NCBI GenBank assembly: GCA_022813965.1
Contig: JALDZS010000211.1
Location: 1 to 38,031, forward strand
Source of the DNA: Toensbergia leucococca
Lineage: Eukaryota
Reading direction: 5' to 3'
Length of the DNA: 38,031 bases
Shown: piece by piece, positions 23,911 to 33,453 of the stretch
Layout of the letters: every line of letters begins with the position of its first letter
Numbering within the stretch: position 1 is the first letter of the stretch
Position numbers and translations under genes: made by a program
Notes under the pieces: generated by a model
What the model was told of the DNA's origin: nothing
Databases searched by the model: none
The model's input: only the letters and a program-made list of their open reading frames with translations

Positions 23911-24830
23911 TGTTGGGGACTTTTTTATTAGGAAGGATGGATGGTATGTATGGGAACAGGCGGAACGAAATGGGGAGTCTAGTAGAGACAGTAGTCGTGA
24001 GGTTCCCAATGAAGATGGACCAAGAAAATGGGGGCCTGAAGTCATGCATGCATGTAGGTCCAGGGGTCTTCCTCCCCTGCTTAATCAGATTCGGTCGAAG
24101 AAGCGAGGATTTCCGATCGGTGGCCATGTTCGAAATGCAGCGTAGTAGGAACTTCAGATTTATGCCCGGACCTTGCATGGTGCAGTAGCGTGGTTTTTCC
24201 AATTAGACACCTTTTATTGATAGATTAGGTATGCCTCGGGCTAGTATCTAGAACACACTCGCTGCGTTTCTAGTGGGAGATTGTACAATCTGGAGAGGGG
24301 GGGGCTTGTCTATGCACCAATTGCAATTGCCTGGCTGCAAACCTTCAATGAAAATTATCCTCGTCATATCATGACATTGAGCTTGAACACGGACCTAAGT
24401 AAGGTACCCACTTAGTCAATCTTGTTTATTCAAAAATCTAAAGAGGTGGAATTAATCCTAGACCATCGACCTATGTAGGTAATTCTCCCTCGCAATGGTG
24501 ACTGCATGAGGCCTTCTGAGCTGACAAATATATTATAATAGTCACGAAGGGTACTTTGCTAAAATGGTCATACCATAACGACGAGATTGCCTTTGCCTAC
24601 TTAGGTGACCATGCAGTGCCGATAGGCTATACCTTACCCATCGAGATGAAGGTAAAAGGCCAGACTCTACAAACAAACACCCCACAGTTGGACAGCCATA
24701 GCCTTAGCCTTCTATCACCTTCAATTCCTTCAACAACTCCCCGGAATCAACATCTGCAGCAGCTCTAAACTCCTCTCCTTGTCTCTTCATTCATTAATTA
24801 ATCACCTCCAATCAACCATATCTGACAAAG

Positions 24831-26016
24831 ATGCGTCAAACCATCGCCCTCGCCGGCGTCGGCAACCTAGGCAAATACGCCTGCGAAGAACTCCTCTCCT
24901 CCCCTCTCTTCGAAGTCATCGTCATCACCAGGCAGGTAATCTACATATCTTTCTCCCTCGCCTCCATGTTCCCCTTTCCCCACAAAAACAAACAAAACCC
25001 CAAGAGAAATCACGGTTAAAAAAATACAAAAACCAACCACTCCAACACAGCCCCAGCCTCCCACTAAAAAAAACCCTCACAGAAAACCGACACCAAATGG
25101 CTCCAAACCCACAACATCCCCACCCACCAAACCGACTACACCACCCCCTCAATCCTCTCAATCCTAAACACCACCCAAGCAAAAGCCCTAATCTCATTTT
25201 CCAACTGCCCCCCCAGCGAATACACCGCTCTACACACCACCCTCCTGACCGCCTGCACCCTCTCCAAAACCTGCAAACGCTTCATCCCCTCCGAATGGAG
25301 CGGCAACATCGACGACTTCCCCCTCCTCCCCCGCTTCTACGGCAGCTCACGCGAACCCTTCCGCAAGATCTTAGAAGCCGAAACGGCACGCGGGTGCGGG
25401 GTGGAGTGGACACTGTTCAACAACGGGTGGCTGATAGATTACTTCCTGCCGGAGCGGAAAACGCACATGTCACCCGCACCGGACGATTTCCCCATCGACG
25501 CGAACGGGTGGAAGGCATGTATACGGGGGAGTGGAGATGAGCCACAAGCGTGGACGCTGGGGCGAGATGTGGGGAAAGCGGTTGTGGCGCTGCTGCAAGC
25601 GCCGGAGTGGGTATGTACATGTTTGGTTGTTGGGGACCTATGAGGTTCTACGATTTGTTTCGGTGAGCAATTGAGCCAACATGTATCAAAAACAACAGGA
25701 AAAAACCACCTACATCGCCGGCGAATGGAGCACCTTCAACGCTGCAATCCTCACCCTAGAATCCTTCTACAACAAGCCTCTCCCCAAAACCCACATCCCC
25801 GCCTCCTCCATCCACCGCCTCCTCGCCACCCACACACCCACCACCCCAAGCACCCCCTCCCTCGACCGCGCGCAGCTAGAAGAATGGATGCTAGCAGGCG
25901 CCTCCGCTCCTCCGCAAGCCAAGACGCTTCGGCAGCGGGAGAAGTATTTCAGCGGGGTGGAATTTGTGGGGTTGGAGGAGCTGTTGCGAAGGGCAGAGAG
26001 GGTGGAATTTTTGTGA
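24831..26016 (+). CDS. NmrA/isoflavone-reductase-like NAD(P)H oxidoreductase
   Basis: Introns 24936-25082 and 25611-25698. IALAGVGNLGKY (Rossmann), VITR, TDY, KRFIPSEWSG, EWTLFNNGWLIDYF, IRGSGDEP and RDVGKAV; intact frame. Confidence 0.88.
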
Positions 26017-26199
26017 TGAAAGTGCTGGGTTTGGGCTGTGAGAAATAGAGAGAGAGTTTTGGGTTCGGTTGAGTGGGTGACTGATAGGTTCTTATTTAGA
26101 TCCTGATTCATGATTCTTGCCCCCAAAAAAAGGAGAAAAAATATCAGCGCCCTTGACTATTCTAGCTTCCCCCCAGCTGTCAAATAAATACAACAGCCT

Positions 26200-26550
26200 A
26201 CATATCAACAACATCCCCTTCAATCACCCTTACTGTTATCTCATCTCTCTATCTCACAAAATCCTCAATCATCTCATCACCTCCCATCGCATCACATTAC
26301 AAAAACCCTCACCTTCACTCACTGAATTACTAAAAGATCATTTATTAAAGTCTCTCTTCACACAGACACAACTAATCTCATCACATCTAACAATTACAAT
26401 CATATTATCACTATTAAATCTTATTGTTTATCTCTGCGCACAGCCTTCAAAAGGTCTGTCACAAAAACATCAAAAAATTTCTTCTTAATGCACTCTTCAC
26501 TTATTTAAAAAATTCTTAAAAATCATGATTGATGTGTCACAGACTTTTAG
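26200..26550. other. Short AT-rich, CpG-poor degenerate relic of unknown origin
   Basis: Composition resembles the hypermutated flanks. Imperfect 14-bp inverted repeat at 26450-26463 / 26535-26548. No recognisable protein. Confidence 0.35.
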
Positions 26551-27185
26551 ATTGACCAAGGTCGCCGGGCTGGCTGAAGTGCATGTGTCCTCGCAGATAC
26601 TCGTAGTAGACATGGCATGACTAGCGCAAGCAGGATGCCCCAAATGGAGCAGGTTCTATTTGAGATGGGTTGGGGTTCAGGGGTTCATTTTTTCAACAAG
26701 TAGAACCTTTCTCTACCTGAATGTCCAGCAGGGATCCTAGTAGGTACCTTATGCTCAGTCGATTGCGGATAGGCTGATGCGTCAACGCTAATGTGTGATC
26801 TTGCATTAGACGTGCTTCATCCAGCTATGATCTCTCGGTCCGGCTCGGACATTGAATCGTATCGTAAGAAAGGAGCAGCCTGTCATGCAGGCAGAGAAGC
26901 TACCTGCAATCCGACCGAGTTTTTCCTCTAACCTAGACCCACCTAAAGCATCACCACAGGCTTCAAGCATGGTGGTGGTGCATTATTAAGCCCACCTCGA
27001 AGTCATGGCCTGCAAGACATTGGTATTTGGAATCTTTCCCCTGATATGTGTTGAGGCGTCTTATCTCATAAGTTCCTCGGTTTTCTATTGTGCAAATTCG
27101 CCAACTATTGGTTGGTCTTCGGAACGTTCTACTTGCCTTCATCAACACATCTCATTCAATCACGAGTATCTCGCCGCCCAGCATC

Positions 27186-28830
27186 ATGTTCGCTCACAGT
27201 TTCCGTTCTTCCAAAACGTTCGTCACCTTCATTGTTAGCGTAGCAATCTTCACCGACATGATATTATTCAGCCTCATTGCACCCATACTTCCCTTTGCTT
27301 TATTAGACCGTGTCGGCCTTTCACCGCAGGATGTTCAGAAGTGGAACTCTATTCTACTGGCATCTTATGGTGGCGCTTTGATGCTAGGTTGCTGTAAGTT
27401 GAACATACCACGAGCTCTAGGCCTGGAGAAAACCATAAATCTACTTGTTCCGCCGTCATCTCCGTAACATTTCCTGCCTTTCCTTGTATGTGGTCCGATT
27501 TACAACATTTCAAAGCGATGGGCCTGACTCGATTTCAAACCCAGTGTTCTTTGGTTGGGTAGGTGATCGAATCCCTGGCCGAAAGACACCATTCATACTC
27601 GGCCTGGCGGTATTGGGAGCGGCAACTCTTTCATTTGCTCTAGGGAGGACATTACCGGTTCTTCTAATCGCACGTATGTTGCAAGGGCTGTCAAGCGCCA
27701 TCGTATTCACCGTTGGCTATACACTTCTCTTCGACGTGGTTGGAATGCAGCGTATCGGACAAGCGATGGGTTATACCAGCATCGGCTTGAGCCTAGGCTT
27801 ATTGCTTGGCCCGGTGATTGGAGGGGTGCTCTACGAGTATGGTGGTTATTTCCACGTTTTCCTTCCCGCCTTCGCCTTGATCATTGTTGAGATCGTGCTA
27901 CGTTTCATGATCATCGATGAGAAGCGGATACCCTATAGGCCGGTCTTGCAGGGCTCCCCAAAATCGAGCCGACCGCGGACAGGGGCGAATGGCCAAACGT
28001 ACGGCGCGGATGGCACAGCCTCCACTCGAACTGGTGGAGACACATCTCGAATTGACGCACCTCCAGAAGTGCCTTCCAATAGCTTGTCACACTCAAATCA
28101 AGATCCAGAGACAGAGGCCTTATTGCCAGCAGCTGATCCCAAGATTGTCAGCTCATCGTTTTCAATACTTCTTTGCTCGCCACGGTTCTTGGTTGCAATA
28201 TTAGGTCAATTTCTGTTGACCGGCATCACCGCAGGCTTTGATGGAGTTTTGCCCGTATATATTCGTGATGTCTTTGACCTCAATTCAATACATGCGGCTT
28301 TCTTTTTCTCGGTTCTCAGTGTACCTATGCTCCTATCGCCCATTTCTGGGGCACTCACTGATCGATACGGCGCAAAGTGGCCGGCAACTGGGGGATTTAT
28401 ACTCATGATACCCAGTCTGATCCTTCTTCGGCTAGTCGTCCATGACACGGCGCTACCGATTCCGAAGCTTGCAATACTTCTGTTCTTTATTGGGCTTGCT
28501 TACGCTCTAGCTATGCCACCTCTTATGACCGAAGTCAGTTCGGTGGTCGAGGAAATCGAAAGGCAGAGCCCGGGTATATTTGGTCCTCATGGAGCGTATT
28601 CTCAAGCATACGGTCTCATGAATACTGCGTCGTCAGGAGGCTCAATGGTTGGGCCACTTTATGCTGGATTCGTTCGAGAGCGGATGGGTTGGCGGACAAT
28701 GTCACTTTCTATGGGGATTTCGAGTCTCATCATGGTGATGTTTATAGTGGTGGTGACTAAAGGACATGATGTTCACGCAGGATCGTCGATTTCTCCGTCG
28801 ATTGAGAGCACGGGCAATGGGGATGATTAG
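27186..28830 (+). CDS. MFS transporter, DHA1 / vesicular amine transporter (SLC18)-like
   Basis: One intron (27394-27544). FRSSKTFVTFIVSVAIFTD..PILPFAL, FGWVGDRIPGRK, ARMLQGLSSA, GLLLGPVIGGVLYE, GALTDRYG and GAYSQAYGLMN..GP. Confidence 0.9.
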
Positions 28831-28884
28831 AAAGCAAAGTGCCGTTACAAATGTAGATTAGAATCAATCGGGAGATGCTCAGAT

Positions 28885-29575
28885 TCATAAAAATAGGCCC
28901 CAAGGATTTCGTTTCAGGAAAGTCCTGCTTGAATACCGCGCTTCAATTTTATCCTCGGGGAGGTCATGATAAAGAGCAAGTCCTGTCATGATCTCATACA
29001 AGGCAGACCCAAGTGCAAATATATCGCCCTAGATGGATAGGGCGGGCCCGGGACATCGATGGCAGGCTGACACTGCGACCAGAAGAGGGGAGCCGTCCAA
29101 GGAAGAAGCTACAAAGTCAGCCAATTTGGCGTTCAGGCGTATGTCCAAGAATATGTTACTGCGGCTCAAACTCCATGAACAACGTCTCTTGAATGGACAT
29201 AATGCAGGATGGCTGCAATCTGTTTGGCCCAATAAAGCCGTCGTTCGATATCGATACCCTTTTTATGAGCCTCGAGAAACGATGAGAAATGGCCATTACT
29301 TGCAAATTCAAGGCGTATACCTGACTCGTAAGGTTGATAACAGTGTAAAAGTCCTTCATGTCCACCATGTTCACCCAATCGCTCATAGATCTTTCTCTCG
29401 ATTGTAATAACATCTTGGTTCTCCTCCCCATGAGGGGATTTGACAATAGTCTGCGAAGTTCCATGCAGGCATATCATGCCCCAGTTTCCCCAAGAAACGA
29501 TATCTTTCATGTTGAATCCCGTAATCTCGTCAGACATTCCCCGATAGGACGGAAAAGGAAGAGTAGACACTCCAT
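28885..29575 (-). pseudogene. Fungal serine/threonine protein kinase pseudogene
   Basis: IVKSP..IERKIYERLG.H..LL, IRLEFASNG, WAKQIAAILHYVHSRDVVHG, then a frameshift into LSRSNIFLD..LNAKLADF..SSLDGSPLL, a stop, GDIFALGSALYEIMTG and FPETKSLGP. The catalytic loop is disrupted. Confidence 0.85.
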
Positions 29576-30258
29576 TTGTAAAAAGAGAAAGATGAAGCTG
29601 CCCCCTTACTAGCCACGAAGGATGGGAATATTCAGAAAGCGCAGTTTAGACATCAGACGTGAATGAGGTTTTGAATACAACGCTTGCAGCTTAGAGAAAT
29701 GGAATCTAGTCTCGGTTTAGCCTGGTATTCTATAGAAATATTACGCACAAACGGCCGAAAAGGCGAAAAGGCGAAAATGCGTGACCAAGCGTCGAGTCTT
29801 CCTCGTTGAGGGGTGGATTCGTAGATTCGGTGGATTAGTCAGCATTCACTTATATCCACAGTTCTACTGTACTTCCGAACTCTTAGTTAGCGAGCCACGA
29901 ATAAGGCCTAACACAATTAAGACTTCATTCAGTAGTATTGTTGTTGGGTCTTTTATCGTCCCCCGCTAGGTAACCGTTCTAGCATCTTATTCCATACTGG
30001 GCAGACTTCCCCGAGTGGCCCCACACTCGCAAGCCAATCCAATCGAGCATTCAAGGATTCGACCCAAAATGGTTACATCGTCTGTCAGGTACCTTGGCTC
30101 TTGCGCATTTCAATCCACTTAGCGTCAAACTCGAGTCATCGGAAAGCAAGACTTTGCCATGGCCTCAAATCCGATGTTGAACTTGGAAAAGCGTCACTAC
30201 CAGAGTCGACGAGTACATACCTACACGTATCTGTTAGGAATACGAATCTCAAGTCAAG

Positions 30259-31648
30259 ATGGGTGACACGATGAACGCGGTGGTGTTTCATGGGCCTCGT
30301 AAGGTGGCGGTAGAGAAACGTCCAATTCCAAAGATCCAGCACCCAAAAGACATTGTGGTGCGAGTCCAGTATACAGCGCTTTGTGGCAGGTCAGTAAGCA
30401 GCCTCCTCCTTGACAGCTTCCTATCGTACACCCTGTTAATACGCTCTGTAGTGACCTCCATCTATTTCGCGGATACGAGTCTTGCTCACCAGGCACAATA
30501 ATGGGCCATGAGTTCTGTGGCACCGTGGTACAAATTGGGGAAGATGTCAAGACTTTGAAGAGAGGAGAGCTTGTGGTATCACCATTCACGGTCACTTGGT
30601 AGAGATCCTCCCCCTGCCGGAACCGACGTCTTCCTCCAGTTCTTGGCTTCAGCCATTCATGTTACACGCCCATCCTGCTACTTCATTCAAGCTAAGAGTA
30701 TAATAGCGGCGACTGCTTCTACTGCCACAACGGTCTCTCAAGTCGATGCACAAAATGCCTAGTACTTGGTACCGACCACCTCGCCGGTGCCCAGGCACAA
30801 TACGTCCGTATGCCTCTTGCCGATACAACAGTCGTCAAAGCTCCCGAAGGTCTCCGGCCCACCAGCCTGGTCCTTATGGCGGACATTTTCCCGACCGGAG
30901 TAAGACCCGCTTTCATTCAGATATCATCCTCATCCTCCACCTATTTGCATTTGAAAATCCATTTCTAAATACAATCTTACCATAGTATTTCGCCGCTTCA
31001 AGCGCCTTCTCCAACTTCAAATCAACTCAAATACCGGCGAGCACAGCCGTCGTGATAGGATGTGGCCCTGTGGGCCTCTGCGCCATAATCGCCGCGTCCA
31101 AGCACAAACCACTACATCTCTTCGCAATCGATTCTGTTCCTTCTCGCCTTGAAATAGCTCGAACTCTAGGAGCTCAGCCATTGGATTTGAACTCGGGTAC
31201 TCTTGAGTTGGAAAGAGTTATAAAAGAGGCAACAGAAGGTCGAGGCGCTGATATGATCATGGAATTAGTGGGACTTCAGCCAGCCCTGAAATTAGGGTTT
31301 GATTTGCTAAGACATGGCGGTGTATTGGTGAGCTTGGGGGTACATCATGAAAATTATCCATGGACACCTGCTGAAGGTATGATGTGGCTTCTCTTACTTC
31401 TCCTTTTTGTGGAACAGCGAACTGATCTGTGGATTTCCTGTTAAGCATACGGCAAGAACTTACGGATCCAAATGGGGCGATGCCCGGTGCGATCAGTTTT
31501 TGAGGACGCACTTGAATTGTTGAGAGAGAAGCAGCATCTGCTCGGTTTCATGGAAGATAAAATCATGCCGCTCAGCGAGGCGGTTGAAGGCTTTGATCTC
31601 TTCGACCGGAGGGAGGTGCAAAAAGTCATCTTTGAGGCGCAGAAGTGA
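30259..31648 (+). CDS. Zn-dependent alcohol dehydrogenase (MDR, FDH-like subgroup)
   Basis: Five exons in frame: ALCGSDLH, MGHEFCG, structural Zn CGDCFYC...SSRC, ADIFPTG and VIGCGPVG, ending KVIFEAQK* (TGA 31646-31648). Confidence 0.93.
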
Positions 31649-31699
31649 GCGTTGGGGGATGCATAGTCTTGTATAAACGATTTAAAGCCAGTGCGCTCA

Positions 31700-32760
31700 T
31701 CACTTTTGGTTGCGATTGGATAAATTTGCCGTCACCCTCGCACACTCGTCTACAGCCTCGGTCACGGCCTCCCTCACCCCTCTCTTCCGCATTACCTCTA
31801 AGCCTGCCGCCGTGCTTCCCCCCTTGGTCGCTACTTCTCCTAGCAGATCCTCAGGATCTTCTCCCGTAATCACCAGCCCGCTGGTACCCCGTGCCGCCTG
31901 TGCGGAAATAAACGCAGCATCTTCTTTTGACAAGCCTTCCCTACCCTCACCTTTATCCTCACGACCCATAGCGCCGTCAGCAGCAGCGGAGATGATACTA
32001 GCATAAAAGGCCAGAGAGGAAGCAGCCAGCGCCGAGGCATGATTGAGTTGAGCTTCAGGAAGGTATATAGTCGGCCCCACTTGCTCAAACAGGAGCCTCG
32101 CATCCTCCTCTCTCCCATCATCGCGACGCGAAGCCGAGAGCACCGTCACGGACTGCCGAATCCTCGCCGCAATATTAGGAATCGCCCGCACAACCACACA
32201 GCGCTTCCTCAACTCCTCCACACGTAGCTTCTCCTCATCCCCCCCCTTCTCGGACGACCTATAGAGACAGTCCTCCAGCTGCGCAATCGTGACACCCCCC
32301 AATATACTAACCAGCACCTTCCCCTTCTCCGTTCCTTCACCTCCTCCTCCCTCAAGAAGCGCCTCGCGCACTTCAGCGTCCCCGAGAATGTCGTTGTAGG
32401 CTGTGGGTTTGCAGCCGAGGATCACGATATCGGCTTCCCTTGCCGCGTGGCCATTGTGGTCTTGTAGGTGGATGGAGAGATGGGGTTTTGTTGGTGTTGG
32501 CGTGGAGTGGATGGAGTCGATTGTTCGCTGGATACGGTCTATGTTGGCGGGGTTGCGGACGGTGACGTCTAGGTGGGAGATTTGGAGTGAGGGGGGGGGA
32601 GATTGCGGTTGGGAGAGAAGACCTTGGAGGATGGAGGTGCCGAGTTTCCCTGTGGGATGTTAAAGAGGGTAAGTCTGCGGGTTTGGGAGTGCGCACCGCA
32701 GCCTAGGATGGCGACAGACAGTTGCTTTGAGCGGTGGGTTCGAGGGTGCTCGGTGGGCAT
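31700..32760 (-). CDS. Pyrroline-5-carboxylate reductase-like protein (divergent paralog)
   Basis: One intron (32696-32650). AILGCGKLG, ADIVILGCKP, VSILGGVT, VVRAIPNIAA, and the dimerisation-domain loop VATKGGSTAAGL. Confidence 0.88.
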
Positions 32761-33453
32761 GTTGGATGCTTGGGTTTATGTCTAGACTGTCAGCGTTGGA
32801 GATTTGTTGATTTCTTACGGAGTAGCTCCATAGATGATGATGTTACATATTCTAAAAGGCACATTTTTGTCTTGATTCGAGGAATCAAAGCGGGTAATAT
32901 ATTTCCCCCTCAGGCTCCAGAAATATCATCTACCTGCATTGCACATTCCAATTTGCTTAGAGCTTCATTGAACTCCTTCTTAGCCCTTCTCCCTTCTTTC
33001 TGGCTTGCACCAATCGCCTAGAATAATTCCGTACAATGGGGAGTTGGGGGCCATTTCCATTTTCATTTTTGATCGAGGGAACCCCACCACCTCACCCCGA
33101 CTAGAGCCATTCTACCAAGCCTTGTCCCGAATCATGAGTGGCCTGCATCCATCTCAAGACACCACCAGCACCAACCGTTGAGGCGGAAGGTCATTGGTTG
33201 GCACCCACTTATCACCAGGCTGAAGCTCAAGCTGGAACTCGATAAGGCCGAGTACACACGCCTGCAAATCTGCAAATCTGCAAATCATACAGTTCTATCC
33301 TAGCTAGGGTCAATGGTGTCAATGGTGTCACAGTAAGTTGCAAGCCTCGCATTGCCATTGAAATGTTTGTCGTGCCTCTTCGCCTTCTTGATCCTTTTCT
33401 TTCATCCATAGTCCCCTTTGTCTTCTGCCTTTTCGATTTTGCCCGCCTCCCAA

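Noticed and set aside
24779..25540. 253-aa Pro/His-rich ORF
   Set aside because: Alternative-frame read of the C-rich reductase exons and intron.
5600..27100. CCTCGG/CCGAGG as a shared promoter motif (e.g. near 8256, 12495, 14254, 17327, 24235, 27075)
   Set aside because: A 6-mer is expected many times by chance in 38 kb, spacing is not conserved, and there is no cognate transcription factor. It would need a MEME test against background.
24831..32760. Swainsonine (SWN) cluster
   Set aside because: No SwnK NRPS-PKS hybrid or aminotransferase. The similarity is at family level only, so no gene symbols were assigned.
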